Shown piece by piece: positions 1 through 12,860 of a stretch of DNA of 64,000 bases (positions are counted from its first letter, which is position 1; every line of letters begins with the position of its first letter). This stretch comes from Piromyces finnis finn (Eukaryota; Fungi; Neocallimastigomycota), in contig MCFH01000010.1 in assembly GCA_002104945.1 (NCBI GenBank), positions 1,054,001-1,118,000 of the forward strand. Reading direction: 5' to 3'. The notes below the pieces were generated by a model. That model ran no database searches. It saw nothing but the letters and a program-made list of their open reading frames with translations, and had not been told where the DNA came from. A program made the translations under genes and the position numbers.

Positions 1-226
1 GAAGAAGTTCTGTTTACAGTAAATAATAAAAAAAAAGTTTTTTTTTTTTTTTTTTTTTTTTTAAATAATTTATATCAATTTAAATTAGTATAATAAAAAT
101 CTGAAATTTATTTTTATCTATATTAAATATATATTATAATAACAAAATAAAATATAAAAAACTTAAATGATAACATAATTGTTAAATGTTAAATAAATTC
201 GACATATAATAAAAAAATATATATAT

Positions 227-1219
227 ATGTATACCAATGATGATAATAATAACAAAGGTAACACAAATATCGATGTTCAAGGTGATACTAGGAAAATCGA
301 AATTTATTTAGAAAAAACTAAAACTATGAATGAACAAATTTTATCACATATTCAAAATGTTAATTTCCATGTCATTGAACCAATGAAAAAATATGGAGAT
401 GTTATTCATTCTGTAAAGCAAGTATTAAAGAAGCGTTCACACAAAGCACTTGATTATGATCGTCATAAAGATTCCCTTGATAAATTAAATGCTAAACAAA
501 GTAGGAGTCTTGATGAAGAAAGAAAATTAACTAAAACTCGTGAAGCTTTCACTACTGCAGAACTTGAATTTAAAACTTATGATGATCAATTAAAGCAACA
601 ATTACCTACATTCTTTGATTGTAGTTCTAGTTTATATGATTCTTGTTTAATTACGTTCTATAGTATTCAAAAAGATGTTTTCCATATTATGTATGTATAC
701 TTTTATGAAATAGCTAATGAATGTGGTCTCAACTTAAATGCTGATATTATTTCTCAGTATGAAAGTAAAAATTGTGCAGCTCTTTTAGAAGATCAAAAAA
801 TTGATAATTTAAATCGTTTATTAGCAAGTAGTCATATTTCTACTGCTGGATCCATTAATACTAGTAATACTACGACAACCTCAGGCCCATCATTAGCATC
901 TCCTGTTGGTAATTATGGCAATAATGCAAATTTACAAGATGAGTTACCATCTTACGAATCTGCTATTAGAGATGTTAATCAAAGAAGTTCATTTTCACGC
1001 CCAAATACTACAGCTAAAGTACCACCAGCTATACCACAAAGATCAACTGTACAATATGTTACTGCTTTATATGATTTCACTGCACAAAATGCAGGCGATA
1101 TTTCCTTTAGACGTGGTGATAAAATTGAAATTGTTAAAAAAACAAATAATAAGAATGAATGGTGGACTGGTAAAATTAATGGTCAAGTTGGTCAGTTCCC
1201 TGGTAATTACGTTGAATAA
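227..1219 (+). CDS. RVS167: BAR + SH3 adaptor (amphiphysin/Rvs167/Hob1-like), 3' part; earlier exons lie at or before the window start
   Basis: ORF shows BAR helices KKRSHKALDYDRH...LKQQLPTFF, a Pro/Ser/Thr linker and a C-terminal SH3 (YVTALYDFTAQNAGDISFRRGDKIEI...EWWTG...GQFPGNYVE). The ATG at 227 is probably not the true start; a GT donor at 19 is followed by poly-A/T intron-like sequence. Confidence 0.88.
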   Translation: MYTNDDNNNKGNTNIDVQGDTRKIEIYLEKTKTMNEQILSHIQNVNFHVIEPMKKYGDVIHSVKQVLKKRSHKALDYDRHKDSLDKLNAKQSRSLDEERKLTKTREAFTTAELEFKTYDDQLKQQLPTFFDCSSSLYDSCLITFYSIQKDVFHIMYVYFYEIANECGLNLNADIISQYESKNCAALLEDQKIDNLNRLLASSHISTAGSINTSNTTTTSGPSLASPVGNYGNNANLQDELPSYESAIRDVNQRSSFSRPNTTAKVPPAIPQRSTVQYVTALYDFTAQNAGDISFRRGDKIEIVKKTNNKNEWWTGKINGQVGQFPGNYVE

Positions 1220-1532
1220 TTTTACTTTAAAAAATAAATAAAATAAAAAAAAATATAAAATTAAAAATTATAAAAAAATGTTAAATTTTTTCCCATTAAA
1301 TATTACTTAATATTCTATATAATAAGTAATATGTTTTATTAAATTATTCCTTTTTAATTATATTTTTTTTCTTAAAAAAAAAATTATAAAAACTAAAAGT
1401 ATTTATATATATATATTTATATATATATTTAAAGTATTTATGGATAAATTGATAATTTTTATTTTATTTTGGTTACACTTTTTTTAATATAATTAAAATA
1501 AATTCATAATGTACTACTAAATTTATCAAATT

Positions 1533-1568
<36 letters not shown>

Positions 1569-1871
1569 CCAATAATCATCATTTTATCCTTAAATAATTA
1601 TTTTATCACTGTTAAAATTTTAATTATTTATTTTTTTTTATTTTTTTTAAGTGGAAAATATAAATATCAATGGTGTATATACATATATATTTTTTAGGCA
1701 TTTAAATAAAAGAAAGGCTCATGCTAATTAATTAATTATATATTTCTAGATTCTAAGTTATTTTAGAATGAAAATGATATTTTTATTTTTTCTTTTCTTT
1801 TTTTAATTATTTTCAATAATTAATTTTAATTCATAATAATAAATTATATTGCTTATTGTTTTTCGAATAAA

Positions 1872-3051
1872 TCAATATCTATCCTTATTAAAGTTTGGAT
1901 CTTTAATTATTATAAATAAAAAGGATTGTTAGACAATTATTTATATAAGGAATAAATATAAAATATATTTTTATTAAATAAATAGGGGATATATTTGCCT
2001 TGGATAAATGGAACAAGAATCTAAATAGTCAAATTATATTTATATTTATATTATTATTATTATTATTATTATTAAATAATAGTAAAAAAAATTAATAAAA
2101 TAAAATAAAATATTGTTAATATTACTATATTTTTAAATTTTGTAGTTTAAAATTTAAAATCTACTTTATATTATTACCTTTGAACCAGTTTGAAGTAATG
2201 GATGTCCAGCGACACTATAAAATACGTTTTATTTATTAATAATATATTAATTTTAAAACATTTTAGATAAGTGCTTTTTTATTATTATTATTATTATTAT
2301 TTTATTTTATTTTATTTTATTTTTTTATTTATTTCATTTACTTATTTATATTATTTTATTATCAATATTTATAATTTAAAAATTACATTTGTAAAAATCT
2401 TTCTAAACCTGCTCTTCTATTTTCAATAACTTCATCACTGAAACGATTAGTAAATACTTTTCCTGGAAGTTGAGGGATTTTTACTCGAGAACTTTCTCTT
2501 TCTAAAGCATCTTTGAACCATTCAAATTCACTGTATCTACGCCTTACAGAGGAATTTTTCAATTTAAATGCTGGGATATTATTCTTTTATTATTATATAA
2601 ATAAATATAATATAATATATATAAATGTATTATTTTTTAAAATTATTTTTAATTTATAATTTATATTATCTTTTTATACTGAACTTACTCTACAAACAAT
2701 TTCATAATCGGTGAACTTGTATTGAATTAAGATTTATTTTAATATATTTAAATAATAAATTAAAAGAGAGAGATATTATTATAATATATAATATTAACAA
2801 AAAAAAAAAAAATAGATATTTAATTGAAAATTCGCTTCTATTTATTTTTGATTTGATTATTATTTTTAAATACTTCATAATTTGTTTTATTTAAAAATAT
2901 ATACTTGTTTTCTACCAAATCCATGAGTCAATGGAGCTCTAACTTCAATTTCCAAGAAATTTTCTGGAATGCCATATCTTTCTTCGGCACTTTGTTCATG
3001 GAAATCAACTTTGGAAATATCATATGGTCTTACTGCGCTGAAACGATCCAT
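1872..3051 (-). CDS. SNX3: Sorting nexin-3 (PX-only), 6 exons
   Basis: Manual translation across exons: MDRFSAV...[24 protein letters not shown] / FTDYEIVCR / [64 protein letters not shown] / [12 protein letters not shown] / ILVPFIQ / DPNFNKDRY*. Exons are too short for the ORF track. Confidence 0.95.
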
Positions 3052-4858
3052 TCTAAGATAATATAATATGATATCTTTTAATTTTTATGAAGATTGAATA
3101 ATGTTTTTATATGCGAATTATAAATTATTTTTATTATTTATACTAATTTGATTAATGAATATTGTTTTATTTAATAAAGTTAAAACTGTCAATATTGAAA
3201 TAAATTATCAAAAAATAGTTATGATTATATATCTAAAATAAAAACGTTTATTGTATATATACTTTAACCAATTTATATATACATTAAAATAGTTGAAGAA
3301 TTATATATTAACTTATCTATATTTATAACAATTATTTTTAATAAAAACATAAACTTTAAGACTTACTTTATTTAAATTTATTTTAATTTTTTTGAATTTT
3401 TTTTTTTTTTTTTTTTTTAAAGTAAATCTCTTTTTATATACATAGAATACATATACATATAGAATACATAAATAAATGTCAAACTTTAATATTAATAGAA
3501 TTTTTATTTATCTTATCATTTAATAAAAATTCAAATATTTTAATATAAATGAAGTTAATATTAGTAAAAATGAAGGTAATTTAAATGATATTAAAAATTT
3601 TCTAATAATTATCAAATTAAAAATAAAATAGCCAAACTAATAAAATTTTTAAAATTAATAATAAAACATTGAACATTAAAAAATACCTTTAATAAATTTT
3701 TTTTAACAATACAATTAACCCTTTTTTTTTATTAATACTAAAAAACACATTTATTAAAATAAAAATATATAATAATAATATATAAATAAAATAAAAAAAA
3801 ATATAATATATTCCAATAAAATATGAGAACTTTTTCTAAAATATTATTCTATTTAATGCAATAATTAATTTGTTATTATAAATTTTCAAAATTATGAAGG
3901 AAAGTCATTAATAGTACAAAACATACTAAGCCTGTCTTATTATTCCAAACATTGATTCATCTGACTATTGATTTAAGCCCACTTAATTAATATTCATTTC
4001 TCAGATACTAAATGATATATTTTATTAAATTACTATATTGAATTAACTAAAGAAGAGTTTTTAGATTTCATTTTTAATTTAGTATTTATATATCATATTC
4101 TGCTTCTTACTCTATGTAGAAATATATATATTTCATATAAATATACAGTATAAAATATTATTTCACAAATAAATGCATATATTATTTTGCTATCTCTTAA
4201 CGACTATGAATATTAATTAATGTATTAATTAATTAATGATATTCTTTATTACAAAGTAAACTAATTTATAAAAAATAACCAAAATAATAAATAATACATT
4301 CTAATAAATAATTAATTATAATTAAAAATAATAAATAACATTAATTTTATTCACTTATTCACTTAATCATTTTTTATTTATTATTTATTTTTTTTTTAAT
4401 ATTAAAAAAAAAATATACAACATAATTTTAAGTCGAATTAAATAAATCCTTATTAAATTAATTATTAGATTTTATAATATTTATTACATAATTTTAACAT
4501 TTTTTTTATTTATTTTATTATCATAGTTTTTTTTTTTTTTTAATTAAGAATATTAACTATAGTTTAAAAATTGTTATTATTACTTATTGTTAATTAATAA
4601 GAAAAAATAACTACTATAACAAAATAATTAATATTATTTATAATTATTAATTATTAATTATTTATTACAACTAGTAATTTTTCAGAAAAAGTTTATAATA
4701 ATAATAATATATACTTTATAATATATTATCCAAAAAATTATAGTTTCACTTTTATTAAATAAAATACAGATAAATTAGATAAATTAAAAATAATTTTGTA
4801 TTTAGATTAATATTCTACCAAAAGAATATATCCAATATAATAAATATAACAAAACATT

Positions 4859-7800
4859 TTAATTCTTGAAATCTTTATGCCTATAAGTAAAACCAATGAA
4901 TTCTTTTCGTAGTTCCTCATCCTCTGGTTTTAATACAGGAACTGCTTGTTTATTTTTTTTATCATTACCAATTCCAAAAAGTTGTTTCAAACCATTTCCA
5001 TTTTTATTTTTTAGTATATTTAATATTCCGTTTTTAAACTCATTTAGCTCTTGTGATTCACCTAATTCATTAGTATCAACATTGCGATAAATTTCTTTAT
5101 CTTCACGTTCCTTTTTATTCATAATATTTTTATATAATAATAAATCTTCTGGATTACTGAAATCATCAAAGTAGGTTGTATCAATATCTGATTCAAGTTT
5201 TGGAATAAATGGTGGACTTGGTCCTTTTGAAGTTCTTAAATCTTTAAATCTGATATCATTACAGAAAAATGGATGATCCTGCACTTGATAAAGTGATGAC
5301 ATTCTTTCTGATCTATCAGTAATTAGTCTAGATATAAATCAAAAAATAAAAAAGAAGCATATTGTTAGAACAATATTACTTTGTTTTAAATTAAAAAAAC
5401 TAATATAGTGATAATAATTATATAATAGATTTAATTCCATAATTTATAAAGCATTAATAATATTAAAATATTTATAATTATACCTTGTAATTAAATCCCA
5501 TGCCTCATCTGATAAATTAAATTCTTCATCTTCTCCTTCATATATCGGTCTTTCTAAAACTTCTTTCCATTTATAAACATTTAACCAAATTTCATCCATT
5601 GATGGAGCTGTAAATGGTGGATATCCTATTCATACAAAATATGGACTAACAATTATTATATATAATTTATTTTAATATGTTTAAAATAATCTATGAAATT
5701 ACCAGATAAAAATTCAAATAAAATACATCCAAGAGACCAATAATCAACTAAATAATCATACCCATTGTTATCTAAAATTTCTGGTGCCATATAATCTGGT
5801 GAACCAACTAAAGAAAATGCCTATTATATTATTAAATATATTATATATTTATAATAAAAATCACTATAATTAATACTATGATTTTAATTAGTACTAGAAT
5901 AAAAGATATTTTTATAAAAAAAATTACCCATTTTTTTTCTTTTCTCATTGATTTATGAATGGTCCTTCGTTCAGCAATTGTTCTTGGTATAATTTGCTTA
6001 TCTTTAATATCGTCAAACTACATATTTATAATATATTTTATTACTTTTATATTTATATAAATTATTAATTTAAATATTATTTTAATTACCTTTGATCTTA
6101 AAGAGTTAATACATCTGGAACTTATTGCACCACGACTTAATCCAAAATCAGTTAATTTAATATGACCATTAGCATCAATTAAAAAGTTTTCTGGTTTTAA
6201 ATCCCTTTTAATTATTATATGAAATTTTTTATTTTAATTTTAATTATTTTTTTTATCATTTCAATATATTTTTTTATTCTTTTTTTACCTATGAATAAAA
6301 CCTAATTCATGCAAACTATTTACAGCCATAAACATTTCTGATATGTAGAATTTTGTATGCGTTTCCAACAATATTCCTTTTTTTTAAATGAAAGTAGTAT
6401 TAATAATTTTATTCATTTTAATATTATGAAATGATCACTCAAAAATATTATTAAATATTTATAATAATATACCGCTCTTATTTAATAATGTTCTAACATC
6501 GCCACCAGGAACAAATTCCTAATTATTAATTAATAAAGATTAGTTAGTATAATTATGTACTTTTAAATAATATTTAAATTAGAAATTATTATTACAATAG
6601 CTAAGTAGACGTTTTCAACATCTTGAAAAGCATATAATAATTTTACGAGCCAAACTGAAGTTGTTGCTGTTAAAACATCTCTTTCGGTTAATACATGTTG
6701 AATCTTTTTAATTTATGATAATGATAAGAAGAAGAACAATTAATATTTAAAATTATTCTAAGTATTTGCGAAGTATACTATATTAATATATAAAATACAT
6801 ACTTCATTTGATCTTAATAATTTCTTCTTACTCATTTGCTTTAATGCGCATATTTCACCCGTATCTTTTTTTCTTGCTAAATAAACCTTTTAATTATATT
6901 TAATATTTATAAAGTAAATAATGAGAAATAATACATATAAAGTAACTTAATATATAAATTACTAAATAGATACATATACATTCTATAACTCTTACCTGCC
7001 CATAACCACCTTGACCTACTTGTGTTAATAAATGGAATTGATCAACTTTAATCTTTATTCTACGTTTTCTTAAAAATGCTCTCTCTTTTCCGCAGTATAA
7101 TTTCCATTGCCTATTATACTCTTCTGGACTTAACTATATACAATTTCATAAAATAAGCTTCATTATTAATAATAATGTATATTAATATATATTTTTATTT
7201 CTTACATTATTTATAATAGCATTCTGTTTAAATTGTTTTGTTCTACTTTGTCTATGACTAATATATGTTAATATATCAAAATAATACTCTAGAAAGTCTA
7301 TTATAATATATATACATATAAATATATATATATATATTATTATTATTATTATTATTATTTTATTTACTAAATTTAATATTATCTAATAATTATATTTATT
7401 ATATGGTTAAAAAAATAAGATATATTTACAGACTTGAGCCATCATACATCTACGCTTTGTAGCGGCGGATGGTGGTGATAAATTATTAATTTCATGCTTT
7501 AATGTTTCAACAGTAGGTTTATTTTGATAATCATCTGTTTGAAGTTGTGAACTGCTAGCCTTACTTTCACTGAACATATCAGGAACAGATTCGTATTTAT
7601 TATAGAGATAACTATTTCTTGGAATTTCTTTATTATTAAATTCGTGTCTTACAAAATATTGATCATTGATAATATGGCAATTTTGGGTATCATTAAATTC
7701 ATTATTATATGAATTTTCATAATCATTATGTAGCATATTAAAATTTTTAGCTTTTTCACTTTTTGGTGGAAGGGGTGGTGGATAATTTGCATAATTTGAA

Positions 7801-9765
7801 GCATTTTCTTGTTTGGAATTATAAACAGAAATACTTTTATCCTCTTATTGATCCAAAATTAATATCATATTATATTTTATAAGTTACATTATGTTTTTTA
7901 TTTATATAAATTCATTTTATTTTGTGATTTAATTAATGAAAAAAAAATAATTAATGGATATTAAATATTATTATTTAATTTACTTAAATTATGGAATTAA
8001 TTATAAATAGATTATTATTGTATAAAATTACCATTTAATGGGAATTCATTAGAATTAATATTATTTTGAGATTCAATTTTTAATGATTCAAGACTATTTG
8101 GCAATGTTTCTAATAATTCTGACATATATTTATTTTCTTCTTTATCATTTGTTTCCTCATGATTTTCATCTACATTTCTAGGTATATTAAATATTTTATC
8201 TTCATGTTCAAGTAAAATTTTATTACTTAAATCACTTTTGCTTTTACCATATTTTTTTTGTAAATATGATGAAAATTCATTTGAGGAATTCTGTTTTAAC
8301 ATTTCCATTTGCTTTATTTGATTTTCTTCTTCATGTATAATTACATCAGATAAAAATGTAGAATCACATGCACTTTTTAGGATGAATACAATTGAGTTTT
8401 CATTTTTTTTACAGTTTTCCTCTTCATCCGATTCAGTATTAATTCCACTATGGGCAATATTATTATCTGGTACATTTTTATCGCGAAGACTTGAAATATC
8501 TTTTTCACTGTTATTTATTGCCAGTTTCTTTAATGATACTACTTTACTATATAATGAGTTATTTTTACTCCTACTTCCATTATGTGAGGATTCTGAATTA
8601 TATAAAACTGGTTGATCACTATTATGATGAAAATCTTTTTCATTGTTATAAACATTATTCATATAACTTTTCAAGTATATACTGTTTTTTTTATCAACTA
8701 AATTATTGTATATATTACTAATTGATGATAAATTTATTGAGTTATTGATAGTTTTCACAGTAGATTTTGAGTTACTAGATTTAATAGATTTTATATCACT
8801 AACGGGTTGTTTTTTCTTATATCCACTTTCTAAATCTATATATAAATAAATTTACATATATTAATAATAATAAATATAATTTATTTATTAGTTTTAATAT
8901 TTCATACATATATCTTTTAAGTGTAGATCTTCAAATAACTATATAATTTATTTACCATCATTACAAGTATCGTGGTAGATTTGTTTTAAAGTTTCATTTA
9001 TATTTTTGTTTTCAGGAACTTCTAAGTAATTGCTTTTTTTAGTATTATTAATTGTATTTCTAAGATTATCCTTTATTTGTTGATGTTCATTCATATTTCT
9101 TTTATTTTTTTCATTTATTATATAAAGAATTATTAATATTAAAGATTAATTTGTAAAATAAATTAACAAATTTCAAATATATAATATTTTCATCACAACG
9201 TTAGTATTTAATTTGATTTATTATAAAATAACTATAATATATATTCGATTTACACTACATATATATATTACTATTATGAATCTTACCTAGTATTTATACG
9301 AGAGTTTTCACAACTTTTAGGATTTTGATGATATATTTTTTCATTATAATTAACATTCTCGATTTGGTTCTTGTGAGAATGACTACTGTTATAATTGGTT
9401 TGGGTTGATAGTTTTGGGGTTTGAGATATTTCTAATTTATTATTATTTATATGTTTATTTATATTTGGACTTTTATGAGAATCATTTATTTCCTTCCCAT
9501 TTAAACTATATTTGTTTATTTGATTATTCCTAATATTATCTATCTTATTACGCTCCTCATTCAATAAATTATTTTCTAGATTATGTTTACGATGAACAGA
9601 TGATAGATCATCTCTACTATACATTTTGTAACCACCTTTAAATGAAAGCTTATCTAATACTTCTTTACTATACACTTTTTCCAATGGCAAATTCTCATTA
9701 TTTAAAGAATTGATATTCCGATTATTATATTTTTCCTTTTGATATTTTAAATTATTATTTTCCAT
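4859..9765 (-). CDS. DBF2: NDR-family Ser/Thr kinase (Dbf2/Sid2-like) with long Asn-rich N-terminal extension, multi-exon
   Basis: Spliced translation gives [13 protein letters not shown] (NTR), [55 protein letters not shown] and an AGC C-tail ([19 protein letters not shown]...FIGFTY). ORFs 7407-7736, 8015-8758 and 9283-9765 join in frame through GT-AG introns; the start at 9765 is tentative. Confidence 0.88.
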
Positions 9766-12350
9766 ATTATAACTTTATATATCTTAATATCTTAACAAAA
9801 AGAAAAAAGAAGAAATAAAAAATTCTTTATAACAATGAATATTTATATAAAAATTAAATTAAATATGTTAGCAAAAATATCTTTATGGGAAAAAGAAATC
9901 TATTAATTCATTTATAAAGTAGAAGGTTTTTTACAACAAATTTAATTTGTCAAATATGTAAATTTTTTTTCTGATATATAATATAAATGAAAAAGTTTTG
10001 TTTTAAAATTTTTATTTATTTCTCGTTATATATAAGCTTTTTATAAAATAATATTAATTTTTTTATATCTTATTGAATAATAATTACAGTATTTTATATT
10101 TACTGTGCAAGTTATTAAAACTTTAATATATAATTTTCATTTATAATAAACTTTAATCTCAAATTAATCAATATCAAAATATTTAATTATTTAAAATAAA
10201 TGTTAAAAAACATTCTTAAATAAAATATCAGATTATAGTCTCAATTATAAAATTATAAAGATTCTATATTCTTTCTTTTTTTTTATACTATGTATTTATT
10301 ATGGTGTTAGGTTTATATGAATTATGATACCAATGAGAAATATTTAAAACTAATTTAGCTCTATTCTATTTATTATTAAAAACAATTGTTTTTAAAATAT
10401 CAATATATAATTTTTAATTAGAGACAAATTTGAAATTTTAAATAAGTTGAGAATTAAAATATTTTCTTAATAAAATTTTATTTAAATAAACTTTTTTTTT
10501 GAGGTTTACAAAATATAAAACTCATTTTGATTATTATTATTGCCTATAAAATTATATTTTTATATATTTATAAAAATCTTTTATTTCTATTAAAATAAGA
10601 ATTTATTAAAATTATATACTTTATAATTTTAAATTATTTTTAACATATTATCTCCATCAAAACATCAAATATATCTTATTATTTTCTGGAAAAGAATAAT
10701 AAAATTAATAGCATATGGCTTGATTTCCACTCTATTAATATAATATATATGCTATATGTTCAAATATTAATAAAAATATATTTAATGAACTTGATTTTTT
10801 CATAAAAATATATTAAATATTATTTAACTTCTGGAAAATAACCAAAAAAAAATATCATAAAATTTAGTTTTGATATTATTGATTAAAAATAATATTTGAA
10901 TAAAATATTTGATATTTTATGATATAGCTAAAGTTTTACATTTTTAATATTTTTTTTTTTGTTTGTTATAATTTTGAGTATTACTTTTATAAAAATTACT
11001 TCGAAAGGTATATATATTATATATTATTTCTCACTTTACATAAAAATCCAATCCAATAACAACATAATAATTTTATATAATTAAACAAAATTCATATTTT
11101 ATTTTTTAAAGTTAAAATATGAATTTATGAACTTAAAACTTTAAATTTTTATTTTAAATGTTCTAAATAATTCTCCAAAAAGAAATAATAATAATATAAA
11201 ATTATGAATTATAAAACTTTATAAAAGAAAATTGAAATAACTGCCAGCATTATAAAAATTAGACTACTCAACCTTTTTAATAATACTTATTTATATACTA
11301 TACATCTGATATTAAATGATATCCAAAGCTCATTTATTTTTATGCCATTTATGATCATTTTTTTAAAATCACCCTTTAATTTTATAGTACTTTTAAAAAA
11401 ATAAAAATACATATACATTCATTAAAATATTACTTTTTTTTTATTTAAACAATAAAATAAAAATAGGTTTATTTTATATAATATTCTAAAATTAAAATAG
11501 GAAACACTTGTAACTTTTTTTAGACGGAGGCAAATATATATCCAATTAAATTATAATAGTATTTTTTATTATTTTATTAATAATAGTTTAATATTTAACC
11601 GAATTATATTTATTAAAGTATACTTAATATTATTAATTATATTAATGATATTTAAATATTTAACCGTATTATATAGTATGTAACAATTATATTTATCAAA
11701 AGAACTTTTATTAATAATATTAATAAGTTTACATATATTCAATAAACACTTTTTATATAAATTAACAACTTAAAATATTTTTTTCAACACAAAAAAAAAT
11801 TTTTTAGATGTAATTTTAATGTAATGACCTGTTTCATTTTCTTGTTATTACTATTTTATTAGAATATTCTTTGAATACATATTACTGACTTCTTTAAAAA
11901 TTTTTACATGGTTATTCAATCTTGTGAATTTTCCAATTTTATAAGCAATTAAAATTCCGCAAATTAGAATAATTAAAAATGTATACATACTTTATTTAGT
12001 TTATTAACCTTATGTAATGTATATTATTTATATATCTAATAAAGATATATAAATACATAAATATATGTATAGTCATTTAATTAGCTATATAATCACGTGT
12101 ATATATGTATGAGTTTTTCTATAAATTAACTTTTTAATAAATTAAATGACGTGTAATAAATATAATAATTTAACTGGCTTATTAAAAATTAATAAATCTA
12201 TAAAATAGTATAATCCAAATAACATAAAAAATAAAATAAATAATTATTATTTTATAATTTAGATCAAGAAGAAATATAAATAATTAAAAAAAAATAAAAT
12301 AAATATATATATAATCAGAAAGTAAAAAAAAATATATAAAATTAAATAAA

Positions 12351-12860
12351 ATGGCAACAAGAAACAGAAAAAATATTGCTAACGAAACTAATGAATCAAA
12401 TGACATTAGAAAAAAATCCAAAAGAGAAATTAAAAAAGCACAAAGAGAAATGAAGAGTACTTCATTTGTTACCAATAAATATGGTGCTCTTTTTGGTATC
12501 TTTATCCTTATTTTTGGAATTATCTACGTTGCATTCTTTGGTACCTATATCTATAAAAGAAAAACTGGACAAACTACAAGCGCTCTCAATTATGAAAATC
12601 CATATTCTAGATTTGGTGATATGGAAGCTCTTAGAAACGCTATTAAGATTGATGAAAATGGTAAAGTTGTCTTTACTGGAGAAGACATGGAAAAATTCAA
12701 GGATATTCTCGGTGAATCCGTTATTCAAAATCAACAAAATGGAGAAGAAAATATTGAAGAAGTAGGCAATGAAACTGAAGAAAATGAAATTCCAAAGGAA
12801 GAATCACCAAAGGAAGAATCACCAAAAGAAGAAACTCCAAAAGAAAATGAAGAAAACTAA
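12351..12860 (+). CDS. Intronless 169-aa single-pass membrane protein of unknown function
   Basis: Clean ORF with a basic N-terminus, one hydrophobic segment (YGALFGIFILIFGIIYVAFFGTYIY) and an acidic tail with EESPK/EETPK repeats. It uses C-ending codons (atc, ttc, aac) unlike the flanking DNA. Confidence 0.8.
   Translation: MATRNRKNIANETNESNDIRKKSKREIKKAQREMKSTSFVTNKYGALFGIFILIFGIIYVAFFGTYIYKRKTGQTTSALNYENPYSRFGDMEALRNAIKIDENGKVVFTGEDMEKFKDILGESVIQNQQNGEENIEEVGNETEENEIPKEESPKEESPKEETPKENEEN

Noticed and set aside
227-3051. RVS167 and SNX3 as a trafficking gene cluster
   Set aside because: Two adjacent convergent genes of broadly related function is within chance.
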